NCBI GenBank assembly: GCA_011049545.1
Contig: DRHQ01000083.1
Location: forward strand, 29,766-93,765
Direction: 5' to 3'
Origin: Candidatus Aminicenantes bacterium
GTDB taxonomy: Bacteria; Acidobacteriota; Aminicenantia; Aminicenantales; Aminicenantaceae
DNA: 64,000 nt
Part shown: positions 1-8,921 of the stretch, one piece after another
How the letters are laid out: every line of letters starts with the position of its first letter
Position numbering within the stretch: the first letter of the stretch is position 1
Program-made: the position numbers and the translations under genes
The notes under the pieces: model-generated
Told to the model about the DNA's origin: nothing
Database searches by the model: none
What the model saw: only the letters and a program-made list of their open reading frames with translations

Positions 1-699
1 CGTATTGCTGAATTCTATGAGCGGGCAGGAAAAGTTATCTGCTTGGGCTCAGACAGGAGGCAAGGTGCCCTGAGTGTTATGGGTGCTGTTTCTCCTCCAG
101 GAGGAGATTTATCCGATCCAGTTGTTCAGGCTACACTCAAGGTAGTCAAAGTCTTCTGGGCATTGGATGATAAGCTGGCAAACACGCGGCACTTTCCCGC
201 CATTAACTGGCTTTTAAGCTATTCTCTGTATGTAGAGAACATAAAGAATTATATGAATAACAACGTAGCCGAAGAGTTTATCAGTCTCAGACAGGAAGCC
301 ATGGAGCTTCTTGAGGAGGAGTCGGAACTTCAAGAAATTGCCCGGCTTGTCGGCGTAGAATCCCTTTCAACCAAGGAAAGGCTTACCCTCGAGTCTACAA
401 GGTCGATCCGAGAAGACTTTCTCCATCAGAATGCCTTTCATCCGCAGGATACTTACACCTCCTTGAGGAAGCAGTATTTGATGCTTCGAACAATCCTGCA
501 TTTTCACAATTCAGGCCTTAAAGCTCTAGAGGAAGAAAAAAGCCTGGAAGAGATTTTAGCCCTTGGGGTCAGAGAGAAAATTTCAAAAATGAAATTCCTT
601 CCGGAAGGAGAATCTGATCTTCTCGAAGTTTATATCGAAATCGACAACGCCTTTAAAGAGCTGTTACAGAAGAAAGGAGTGAGTGAGGAAAATGTATAA
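1..699 (+). CDS. atpA: V-type ATP synthase catalytic subunit A, C-terminal portion (5' end lies outside window)
   Basis: ORF runs open from position 1 in frame 1. The translated C-terminal region (…NWLLSYSLY…, helical tail) looks like V/A-type ATPase A subunits. It is directly followed by the B and D subunit genes. Confidence 0.8.
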   Translation, partial: RIAEFYERAGKVICLGSDRRQGALSVMGAVSPPGGDLSDPVVQATLKVVKVFWALDDKLANTRHFPAINWLLSYSLYVENIKNYMNNNVAEEFISLRQEAMELLEEESELQEIARLVGVESLSTKERLTLESTRSIREDFLHQNAFHPQDTYTSLRKQYLMLRTILHFHNSGLKALEEEKSLEEILALGVREKISKMKFLPEGESDLLEVYIEIDNAFKELLQKKGVSEENV

Positions 700-2068
700 A
701 GAGTACCTGACTGTCTCCAATATTGTCGGACCTTTGGTTATTGTAGAGAAAATCAGGGATGTAAAGTTCGGCGAATTAGTAGAAATTGAAGCTGTGGGAG
801 GATCTTTACGCCGGGGCACGGTGCTTGATATTTCTACAGAAAGAGCAGTCGTTCAGGTTTTTGAAGGCACTATCGGCCTTGATGTGGCTAAATCTCGGGT
901 GAGGTTTTTAGGGCATTCCCAGCAGCTTGGCGTCTCAGAGGAGATTATCGGTCGAATTTTTGATGGTTCGGGAAGACCTAAAGACCACGGCCCTCAAATA
1001 ATTGCCAAAAAAATGATCGATATCAATGGGAATCCCATAAATCCTGATGCCCGGGACTACCCCTCTGAGTTCATCCAGACCGGAATATCTTCTATCGATG
1101 GAATGAATCCTCTGGTAAGGGGACAGAAACTTCCGTTGTTCTCAGGGAGCGGGCTGCCCCATGCCCGTATTGCTGCCCAGATTGCCCGACAGGCTACTGT
1201 GTTAGGGAAAGCAGAGAAATTTGCGGTAGTTTTTGGCGCAATGGGCATAACCTTTGAAGAGGCCAACTTTTTTATAGAAGATTTTCGTAACACAGGAGCA
1301 TTAGAGAGAGCGGTGCTTTTTCTCAATTTAGCTAACGAGCCTACGATCGAACGCATCGCCACACCACGTCTAGCTTTAACGTGTGCAGAGTATCTGGCAT
1401 TTGATCTGGATATGCACGTTCTGGTTATCTTAGTGGATATGACCTTCTATGCTGAGGCCCTTCGAGAAATCGCTGCGGCTCGAAAAGAAGTTCCAGGCCG
1501 AAGAGGATACCCGGGTTATCTCTATACAGACCTGGCTACTATGTATGAGAGAGCAGGAAGAATTAAAGACAAAAAGGGATCCATCACTCTGATCCCTATC
1601 CTCACGATGCCTGAGGATGATAAAACCCATCCTATTGCTGATTTGACGGGTTACATCACAGAAGGACAGATTATGATAAGTCGGGAGATTCATCGGAAGG
1701 GAATCTATCCTCCCATAGATGTGCTTCCCAGCCTTTCCCGGCTTAAGGATAAAGGGATTGGTGAAGGGAAAACACGGGAGGATCATGCCGATGTCCTCAA
1801 CCAGCTTTTTGCCTGTTATGCTCGAGGAAAAGAAGCCAGGGAGCTGGCGTTGATCCTGGGAGAGGCAGCCCTCAGTGATTTAGATAAGCTGTATTTAGAG
1901 TTTGCTGAGCATTACGAAGATGAGTTCGTTAGGCAGGGTGAGTTCGAATCTCGTTCTATCAACGACACCCTGGAACTGGGCTGGAAACTTCTCCATACAA
2001 TCCCGAGGGCAGAACTCAAGAGAATTCGTCCCGAATATCTAGAGAAATATTACCCTGAAAAGAAATGA
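683..2068 (+). CDS. atpB: V-type ATP synthase subunit B
   Basis: 461-aa ORF with regulatory-subunit nucleotide-binding fold motifs (…[11 protein letters not shown]…, …[14 protein letters not shown]…). GTG at 683 or ATG at 692 are both possible starts; the gene overlaps the end of subunit A. Confidence 0.9.
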   Translation: MRKMYKEYLTVSNIVGPLVIVEKIRDVKFGELVEIEAVGGSLRRGTVLDISTERAVVQVFEGTIGLDVAKSRVRFLGHSQQLGVSEEIIGRIFDGSGRPKDHGPQIIAKKMIDINGNPINPDARDYPSEFIQTGISSIDGMNPLVRGQKLPLFSGSGLPHARIAAQIARQATVLGKAEKFAVVFGAMGITFEEANFFIEDFRNTGALERAVLFLNLANEPTIERIATPRLALTCAEYLAFDLDMHVLVILVDMTFYAEALREIAAARKEVPGRRGYPGYLYTDLATMYERAGRIKDKKGSITLIPILTMPEDDKTHPIADLTGYITEGQIMISREIHRKGIYPPIDVLPSLSRLKDKGIGEGKTREDHADVLNQLFACYARGKEARELALILGEAALSDLDKLYLEFAEHYEDEFVRQGEFESRSINDTLELGWKLLHTIPRAELKRIRPEYLEKYYPEKK

Positions 2069-2676
2069 GACTTTCTGTTAACCCTAATAGAATGGAGCTT
2101 ATGAAGCTCCGGAGACGTCTTGTTCTGGCTGAGAGAGGGCATAAACTTCTCAAGGGCAAGCTTGAAGAGATTATGCGCCGGTTTCTGCAGCTTATGAAAG
2201 AGCTTTATAATCTTCAAGAAATAGTGAGCTTGAAACTTAAAAAAGTCTTCCTTTCTTTTGTACTTGTCCGTTCCGGTAGCTCCCGTAAAGATCTGGAGAA
2301 GCTCATTCCGGAAGGGAAATTGATTTTAGCAACAAAGGAAGAAAAGATTCTCAATCTTACGATCCCTAGATTTGAGATAGAAGAAAAAGAAGTTTCTGAT
2401 TATGACTTTCTCAACACTGAAAGTGAGCTTGATGTCGGCCTAAAGAAAACACAGGAGTTACTCAAGGATTTGATGGAGATGTCCCGGCTCTGGAAGGCAG
2501 TGGAGCTTTTGTCCCACGAAATTGAGACCACACGCCGCCGAGTCAATGCTCTAGAGCATATTCTTATTCCCAGTATTAAAGAAACCATACGTTATATCTC
2601 CAGCCGTTTGGAAGAGATGGAGCGCTCCTATCAGGTCCAGCTCATGAGAGTTAAAGATATCGTCCGCCGCCATTAA
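2065..2676 (+). CDS. atpD: V-type ATP synthase subunit D
   Basis: 203-aa coiled-coil protein ([19 protein letters not shown]…) typical of V-type D subunits. Start overlaps the B stop (ATGA). Confidence 0.85.
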   Translation: MRLSVNPNRMELMKLRRRLVLAERGHKLLKGKLEEIMRRFLQLMKELYNLQEIVSLKLKKVFLSFVLVRSGSSRKDLEKLIPEGKLILATKEEKILNLTIPRFEIEEKEVSDYDFLNTESELDVGLKKTQELLKDLMEMSRLWKAVELLSHEIETTRRRVNALEHILIPSIKETIRYISSRLEEMERSYQVQLMRVKDIVRRH

Positions 2677-2759
2677 TCGGGACGTCCCTATCTGCACTAT
2701 CTATATTTTGTAACACTTTTTAAAATAACAACATTTCTGTATGCAGAGGTTTTTCTTAT

Positions 2760-3051
2760 GTAGGGGCTTGATTCATCAAGCCCACCTTATTTATATATGA
2801 ATTTACTTCTTGTCTGGATTTGGTTTTTCTTAAATGGTTTATTTCTTGTAGGGGCTTGATTCATCAAGCCCACCTTTTTGAATGTATAAATAAACTAAAG
2901 GGTTTTGTTTATCTTATGCAGGGGCATGATTCTTGTAGGGGCTTGATTCATCAAGCCCACCTTATTCATGTATGGATTTACTTCTTATCTGGATTTGGCT
3001 CTTCTGTAATGGTTTGCTTCTTGTAGGGGCTTGATTCATCAAGCCCACCTT
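2760..3051. repeat. Tandem array of 4 copies of a 29-bp hairpin repeat (GTAGGGGCTTGATTCATCAAGCCCACCTT; stem GGGCTTGA/TCAAGCCC) separated by ~59-bp spacers, two of which are ~80% identical to each other
   Basis: Copies at 2760-2788, 2848-2876, 2935-2963 and 3023-3051, with a degenerate copy at 2919-2933. The array lies between the convergent atpD and namZ-like genes. Confidence 0.85.
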
Positions 3052-3076
3052 TTAAAATCGATGAAATTATTTTTCC

Positions 3077-4366
3077 CTATTCATAGAGCAAATACTTCAG
3101 GCGCATCTGTCTGAATTGCTTTTCTTCTTCTTCCACTTGAGAAATTAATTTCTCATAGCTTATTTTTCCCTCAATATATTGGCTTAAAAGGTCATTTCCG
3201 AAGATCATGTTGAGGTAGCGCGGAGGGGCAGTGAATTTATATTGCTGTTGGTTTTTCAGGGCCTTAATGATTGCATACGAAAATCGAAGAGAGAAGAATT
3301 TTTCTTTTTGTAAGAACCGGACTCGTATTCCCTGGCACATTTTATTTTTATAAAGGGGATGAAGAGCTTTTCCGGGAAGAGAACGGGGAGTATAGTATAT
3401 AGCTTCAAGCTCAATCCCGAATTGTTCTCCTCCGTTTAATTCTTTAATCAGGGCTGAAGCGTCAAGCCAGGGTGCTCCGAATTGAAGAAAAGGGTAAGGT
3501 GTTCCCCTTCCTTCATTAAGTTTCAGGTTTCCTAGCAAGCTTGAGGCTGGATAAATGATGGCTGTTTCAGGCGATGGTATATTGGGGGAGGGGGCAATCC
3601 AGGGAAGACCTGTGTCTTCCCAGAAGTAGGCTCTCCTCCAGTTTTTCATTCTAACCACATGAAGGTCAACCTCTCTCGGGACCCATCCTTCGCCCTTCAT
3701 CATCATAGCCAGCTCGCCTGGAGTTAAACCATATCTCACAGGAATAGGTAATGCTCCGATGAAAGATTCGTATTCGGGACGCATAAGAGGACCCTCGATG
3801 ATATCGCCTCCGGTTGGATTGGGTCTGTCCAGAACATAGACCGGAATCTGAGCTTCCGCAGCTGCTTCGAGGACATATTTAAGGGTAGTGATGTAGGTGT
3901 AAAATCGGATTCCTACATCTTGGATATCATAAACAAAAGCATCAATTCCTTGAGTTTGCTCTGGTGTCGGCTTTTTGTTTTCTTCATAAAGGCTGTAAAT
4001 TATTATGTCTTTTAGCTGGCTGTCTTTTACTTCTGTTCCTGCTTCCACTGTTCCGGAGAACCCATGTTCCGGAGAAAAAATGGCTTGAATTTTTTGCCCT
4101 TTATCCAGAAGTGCCTGGACCAGAGACTTTCCTGGAGGGAGAACAGAGGAGTGATTGATAACAAGCCCCAGGGATTTTCCTTGAAGTTCGGATGAGAAGT
4201 TTTTAACGAACATTTCATTCCCGAGCTTCACTCTTCCTTTAGGTGCAAGAGAGATTTTTCTCGGGAAAGAACAAAAAAACAGGATTGCACTTATGAAAAA
4301 AATAGAAAGAACTCTTGCGGTATTTTTTCTCCTTTGCGCTTTTTTATTTTTATTGAGATGTAACAT
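3077..4366 (-). CDS. DUF1343 / NamZ-like exo-beta-N-acetylmuramidase family protein with N-terminal hydrophobic anchor or signal
   Basis: 429-aa ORF containing …GLVINHSSV…IFSPEHGFSG… (compared from memory with DUF1343 GLVTNQTG…FGPEHGF). The N-terminus is hydrophobic. Confidence 0.6.
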   Translation of the reverse strand: MLHLNKNKKAQRRKNTARVLSIFFISAILFFCSFPRKISLAPKGRVKLGNEMFVKNFSSELQGKSLGLVINHSSVLPPGKSLVQALLDKGQKIQAIFSPEHGFSGTVEAGTEVKDSQLKDIIIYSLYEENKKPTPEQTQGIDAFVYDIQDVGIRFYTYITTLKYVLEAAAEAQIPVYVLDRPNPTGGDIIEGPLMRPEYESFIGALPIPVRYGLTPGELAMMMKGEGWVPREVDLHVVRMKNWRRAYFWEDTGLPWIAPSPNIPSPETAIIYPASSLLGNLKLNEGRGTPYPFLQFGAPWLDASALIKELNGGEQFGIELEAIYYTPRSLPGKALHPLYKNKMCQGIRVRFLQKEKFFSLRFSYAIIKALKNQQQYKFTAPPRYLNMIFGNDLLSQYIEGKISYEKLISQVEEEEKQFRQMRLKYLLYE

Positions 4367-6518
4367 TTGAAAGATACTGGCTTAGTCCTGTTTCTTTTAC
4401 GATTTTTAAGGTCTTACTTCGTATGAGGCCTTTTTCTAGTCGAAAGGACTCAAGGATCCGAATAATAGAAAAGGCGACTTCTGCGGTCTGTCCCGACTCT
4501 TTCTTTTTGTTTTTGAGATAATTTATGGCATCAAACAAGACAGCGTTTGCTTCGCCGTAAGAAATTGGGTTTCGGATTCCATGAGGCCTTACCCATTGCG
4601 GATGCCTCAGGACGTCGTTGACATGGGATTGAATGAGGTATGTCGCCCGACCAATGAGCTTGAGATTACTGGGGCTGACGTTGGTCATTGTGTTTCCGAT
4701 GACCTTTCCCAGACGCGCCATGACCCCTGTTGAATGGGCGTTAAGCAGGATCTTGAGGGCAATCCGCTGATTGATGCCCAGTGGGTCGTTTGTCGTCCCG
4801 ATGTTCACAACGATAAAGGAGTTTTTCCCTTCAGCTGCGCCATCAGGTATTTTCCGGATGAGTCTTGATATTTTCCTCGAGGATTTGTCAGTTATAAGAA
4901 TAACGGCCACCCTCGCCCCCTTCTTCGAGAAGAGGTCGATGAATTTTCGGATATCAGAATTTTTCTTTCCAAGCTCAGCTTCTTCAGGACTGATAAGCAC
5001 TGCAACTCCCAGGTCTCCTTGTGTGGGTTCTCGATTCTTCAGGTTGAAATCAGCGAAAGAAAAATCGTACAGAAACTGCTGGTCATCTCCTGCGTTTTTA
5101 AGGCTTTCCAGGGCTGCTTTTTTTAAGTAGGCGTCATCTATTTCATCTTCAAATGGTTTTCTGTAGAATTCCGAGGAGAGTCCTCTGAATGGCCTTCCGA
5201 GAAATGCTTGCCAGGCATCCTGGAGATTGGCGGCGGGGGTCCAGACCTGAATCCAGCTTTTTCTTTTTGCTTGCTTGACTGTATCCAAGGGAAAAAGGCG
5301 AAACGTTGGGCTTCTTTCAGTGCTGTCGATAAAGACTGTGATCAAGCCTTTTTGGGCAAAATAGGTAGAGAAATTCCCTGTCTTATAAGTTTGGGCTTCA
5401 AGCTTTGTGAATTTGGCTATGGCCGAAAGGTTTTCTTTGACCTGTTTCAGAATATGAGAAAATTCCTTTAGTTTGTCTTCAAGATGAAGTTCACTTTTGA
5501 ATCCAAGGGCTGCCATTTCTTTTTTGGAGAGGAATTTTCTTAGAGAGCGATCAAGCGCTTGCTGTAGAATATTCCCCACGACAAAAGTTTCGATTGTTGT
5601 AGCCTGCATCCGGGTAGAGCCGGTTATCGACTGAGGTCCTGTTGTGAGATTTATTTTTGTGATTCCGGGTTCTTCAAGGACTCTTCGACTCCTATCGAAG
5701 GGGCGAAGTTTTTCGTCAGGGTTGTTGTAAATAAAATAGAGCTTCTTTTTTGTCTTTTCCGGGTCATAGGACTCGGCTGTTCTCCACTGGTCTAAAGCGG
5801 CTAAAATCGTTCCGATAACAGAAGAAGTTTCACCTCCTTCAGTCACGCAGATGACCACATCCCCTTTCTCGATTTTTCTGTCCTCAAGCTGGAGACGTCC
5901 TATAAGCAGCAGGTCTTCAAATCCTTCAAGAGAACTGATAAGGGCTCTGTCTCCGCCGGTCATCTCTCCGATGAGCTGATTCTCGACGTTATCCCCAAAA
6001 TGGAGCTGGATCTTTGACCAGATCTTTTTCTTTTTTCTGACTTTTTGCCAGAAAGGACGCCAGAAAGTGCTTTCCATCTGTTTGGCCAGACGGCCTGTGG
6101 CACCGCAGCCGTAGATGTATATTTTTTGCCCGGAGAAGAGGGCTTTTTCTATGGCCTGAACAGCTTGTTCCAGGGTATCTTTTTCTCCGGCCAGTGCTGT
6201 AAGTTTTCCCACAATATCTTCGTCTACAGAGAAAAGTAGACGAAGGCCGCTCTTGCAGTCCTTCTGTATTCTTTTGCTTAAATCCCAGGTTTTTGGATGA
6301 CGTTGTTCAGTAAGAAGCGTATGAAGCTGAAATTGAGTTTTATTATGGACATAATCTATGGATTCAGAAGAAGGGCTGATCCTCAGGAGATTAAGGATGC
6401 TGACCTTGGTTGTAGAGACTGCTTGCGTTTCCTGTTGGCCGATGGAAAAAACTTGAAACCCCAGTAGGAGAGATACCAGTACGAGGAAAAAGGTAAAGAA
6501 AATTAGGCGCGAGCTCAT
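4350..6518 (-). CDS. MurQ/GCKR-family SIS-domain protein (N-acetylmuramic acid 6-phosphate etherase-like), atypically long with a predicted signal peptide
   Basis: 722-aa ORF containing N-terminal LLTEQRHPKTWDL, mid GSTRMQATT and C-terminal STGVMARLGKVIGN, read here as MurQ/GCKR-family landmarks (etherase motifs recalled from memory), with large insertions. The N-terminus looks like a signal peptide. Its 3' end overlaps the namZ-like start. Confidence 0.55.
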   Translation of the reverse strand: MSSRLIFFTFFLVLVSLLLGFQVFSIGQQETQAVSTTKVSILNLLRISPSSESIDYVHNKTQFQLHTLLTEQRHPKTWDLSKRIQKDCKSGLRLLFSVDEDIVGKLTALAGEKDTLEQAVQAIEKALFSGQKIYIYGCGATGRLAKQMESTFWRPFWQKVRKKKKIWSKIQLHFGDNVENQLIGEMTGGDRALISSLEGFEDLLLIGRLQLEDRKIEKGDVVICVTEGGETSSVIGTILAALDQWRTAESYDPEKTKKKLYFIYNNPDEKLRPFDRSRRVLEEPGITKINLTTGPQSITGSTRMQATTIETFVVGNILQQALDRSLRKFLSKKEMAALGFKSELHLEDKLKEFSHILKQVKENLSAIAKFTKLEAQTYKTGNFSTYFAQKGLITVFIDSTERSPTFRLFPLDTVKQAKRKSWIQVWTPAANLQDAWQAFLGRPFRGLSSEFYRKPFEDEIDDAYLKKAALESLKNAGDDQQFLYDFSFADFNLKNREPTQGDLGVAVLISPEEAELGKKNSDIRKFIDLFSKKGARVAVILITDKSSRKISRLIRKIPDGAAEGKNSFIVVNIGTTNDPLGINQRIALKILLNAHSTGVMARLGKVIGNTMTNVSPSNLKLIGRATYLIQSHVNDVLRHPQWVRPHGIRNPISYGEANAVLFDAINYLKNKKKESGQTAEVAFSIIRILESFRLEKGLIRSKTLKIVKETGLSQYLSNVTSQ

Positions 6519-6583
6519 TTTAAATCCTCCGTATATATTCGAATATCATTCTGCAAATATCTGCAGAAGGGATTTAAATCATC

Positions 6584-7093
6584 TTAGCCATATTGGTGGC
6601 TATCATCGAGAATATCATTTTCCTGCCAATCCTTAGTCCAGTCGTTTAAATGGAACATTTTCATTTTACCATCTGCTGTAGAGCAGATTATACGGTTAAG
6701 GCCGGCATTTATAATCATTTTCTTGCAAATAAAACAGGGGAAAGCATCTATTGTTTCATTTTTTCCGAAAGCACTGCCGTAGATGTACATGTCGCCTCCC
6801 AGGAGGCTGACTCCAGCTCGGGCAGCATTGATGATAGCGTTTTGTTCTGCATGGACGCTCCGGCACAGCTCATAGCGCTGGCCGTGGGGTATTTTCAACT
6901 TATCCCTGAGGCAAAAGCCGTGTTCGAGGCTGCTCTTGGTTTTCCTCGGGGCACCCACGTATCCCGTGGAGATGATTTGGTCATCCCGGATGATGATGGC
7001 CCCTATGGATCGACGCCAGCAGGTGCTGCGCCGTCCAACTTCCTCTGCGATACCCAAATAGTACTCGTCTTTGGAAATTCTTTTCTTTTTCAT
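6584..7093 (-). CDS. dCMP/cytidine deaminase family zinc enzyme
   Basis: 169-aa ORF with the CRSVHAEQNAI (H-A-E) and PCFICKK (PCxxC) zinc-ligand motifs. Confidence 0.8.
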   Translation of the reverse strand: MKKKRISKDEYYLGIAEEVGRRSTCWRRSIGAIIIRDDQIISTGYVGAPRKTKSSLEHGFCLRDKLKIPHGQRYELCRSVHAEQNAIINAARAGVSLLGGDMYIYGSAFGKNETIDAFPCFICKKMIINAGLNRIICSTADGKMKMFHLNDWTKDWQENDILDDSHQYG

Positions 7094-7632
7094 AACAATC
7101 CCTCCAGCTTTCGGTACAAATCTTTGAAGGAACCATCATTGATCACGAGGAAATCTGCCATCTTCATGCAGTTATGAAGCTGCTGTCCTTTTTCGAGATC
7201 TGTCATCTCTTCTGCCTCTTTTTTGATGAATTCCTCAAGAGTTGAGGCTGACTCTGCTCTCCCTCTCTGTTTCGCTCTCTCATATCTTAAATCAACAGGC
7301 GCATCAACGGCCAGAAGGATAAAGTCTTTTTGCTTTCTCAAATATTCAATCTCTCCGGGGTTGCGAATGCTGTCAACTAAGGATTTGTCCTTGACCTTTT
7401 TCATAACAAGTTTAGCCAGGATATCATGGCCACCTTTTTCTCTCAACTCGTTTCCCATTTTTATCAAGTTGTCTCTGGTCGGGTCTTTTCCTATTTTTTG
7501 GAGTTCTTCGCGAATCAGGTCAGAGAGAGAGAAATAGGCGTAGCCCTTCTTGGCAAAGTAAGCAGCCACCTCTCCTTTTCCAGCGCAGTTTGTGCCTGTT
7601 AAACCTATAAGTCTCGTATCTTTTCTTTTCAT
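7090..7632 (-). CDS. P-loop nucleotide kinase family protein (CoaE / dNMP-kinase-like)
   Basis: 180-aa ORF with Walker A IGLTGTNCAGKGEV and a VDAP…RYERAKQRGR lid-like segment. Its stop overlaps the deaminase start. Confidence 0.5.
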   Translation of the reverse strand: MKRKDTRLIGLTGTNCAGKGEVAAYFAKKGYAYFSLSDLIREELQKIGKDPTRDNLIKMGNELREKGGHDILAKLVMKKVKDKSLVDSIRNPGEIEYLRKQKDFILLAVDAPVDLRYERAKQRGRAESASTLEEFIKKEAEEMTDLEKGQQLHNCMKMADFLVINDGSFKDLYRKLEGLL

Positions 7633-7637
7633 CCGGC

Positions 7638-8420
7638 CTACCCGGCTAAATCTTCTTCATCTTTTTTCTTTTTTTTCTTTCTCCTTTTTTCTGAAAAGAA
7701 GGCGATCAGAATACTCAAGCCGTAAAGGGCTAACATGGGGCCAGCGATGATACTTTGAGTTATCATGTCTGGAGTGGGAGTGATAATAGCAGCAATGATA
7801 AAAATAGCCAGGACTGCATACTTGAAGTTTTTTATCATCCATCTGGAGGTAATAAGTCCCATACGGGAGAGGAAGAAAACGAGAGTGGGTAACTCAAAAA
7901 CCAGAGCGATCCCCAGGAGCACCCGGAGAGCCAGACTGAAATATTGTTTGACGGTAATGACGGCCCGGAAGTCAGCTCCCATACCTATGAAAAATCGGCA
8001 GGCGAAGGGGAAGACCACAAGGTAGGCGAAAGCGCCTCCCAGGATGAAAAAGAACGTTGTTAAAAAAACAAAGGGAATAGCATATTTTTTTTCTTTCTTG
8101 TAGAGGCCGGGAGCAGTAAACAACCAGAATTGAAGAAAGATAAAGGGTGAAGTGGCAAAAATTGCAGTCAAAAACGAGACCTTGATGTAGAGCATAAAGG
8201 GTTCGGTCAGCGAGGTGAAAGCTAACATCTCCCCTTCAGGGAGGTACTGGATGACCGGGTGAGCTAAGAATCCGAAGATATCTTTACTGAAAAACCAGGC
8301 TGGGATGACAGCGAGGATGATGACAATGAAGGAGTAAAATATCCTTTTTCTGAGGTCATCGAGATGCTCGAGGAAGGTCATACGGTCAGGAGTCTTTTTT
8401 CCCTTCCTCATTTCCTTCAA
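7638..8420 (-). CDS. tatC: Twin-arginine translocase subunit TatC
   Basis: 260-aa polytopic membrane protein with a TatC-like N-terminus (…FLEHLDDLRKRI…). Confidence 0.9.
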   Translation of the reverse strand: MKEMRKGKKTPDRMTFLEHLDDLRKRIFYSFIVIILAVIPAWFFSKDIFGFLAHPVIQYLPEGEMLAFTSLTEPFMLYIKVSFLTAIFATSPFIFLQFWLFTAPGLYKKEKKYAIPFVFLTTFFFILGGAFAYLVVFPFACRFFIGMGADFRAVITVKQYFSLALRVLLGIALVFELPTLVFFLSRMGLITSRWMIKNFKYAVLAIFIIAAIITPTPDMITQSIIAGPMLALYGLSILIAFFSEKRRKKKKKKDEEDLAG

Positions 8421-8631
8421 TATCCTTTTTAAACTCTTCCTTTATGTCTTTAAACTCGTCAACTTGGATCTCTTCTTCAATCTTTTCTTTGATTTCGTCA
8501 GTTGTTCTTCTGAATTCTCGGAGGGCCTTACCAATAGACCTTCCTACCTCAGGGAGTTTTTTGGGCCCAAAGATGAGAAGAGCAACAGCGAGAATGATAA
8601 GTAATTCAGGGAATCCTATGTTTCCGAACAT
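8386..8631 (-). CDS. tatA: Twin-arginine translocase subunit TatA/E
   Basis: 81-aa ORF: MFGNIGFPELLIILAVALLIFGPKKLPEVGRSIGKALREF. Confidence 0.85.
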   Translation of the reverse strand: MFGNIGFPELLIILAVALLIFGPKKLPEVGRSIGKALREFRRTTDEIKEKIEEEIQVDEFKDIKEEFKKDIEGNEEGKKDS

Positions 8632-8723
8632 TTCTATCCTTTCTTTAGAGACCTGAAAGCGTATAGAAATATAGCCGTTCAGCCGGATTAAGTCAAGTTA
8701 ACATCTCCAAATCCATGATTGAG

Positions 8724-8748
8724 AAAAAATGGGGCCAGGCCCCATTTT
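8724..8748. repeat. Palindromic repeat family P1 (AAAATGGGGCCAGGCCCCATTTT)
   Basis: Perfect hairpin ATGGGGCC/GGCCCCAT. First of a pair flanking a 40-bp segment in the tatA/ctpA divergent region. Confidence 0.85.
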
Positions 8749-8788
8749 CTGCTGTTATGTCCTCAAGTTGAGAATGTCCTCTTTCTTA

Positions 8789-8814
8789 CAAAATGGGGCC
8801 TGGCCCCATTTTTT
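8789..8814. repeat. Palindromic repeat family P1
   Basis: aaatggggcctggccccatttttt. Confidence 0.85.
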
Positions 8815-8921
8815 CTTGAACAGAGCAACCAGTTATCACGGAAAAAAGAGGCGTCCCTAACTCATCAAGAACTTTACAAGAACAAGAGGCTCTGGTAAAA
8901 TTTGAGTGGACTGAAACAAGA

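Noticed and set aside
2760-3051. Possible CRISPR array (29-bp repeats, ~59-bp spacers)
   Set aside because: Spacers are mutually homologous, not unique. There are only 4 copies and the same repeat occurs as isolated intergenic copies elsewhere in the window. No cas genes are present. Interpreted as a tandemly duplicated hairpin repeat.
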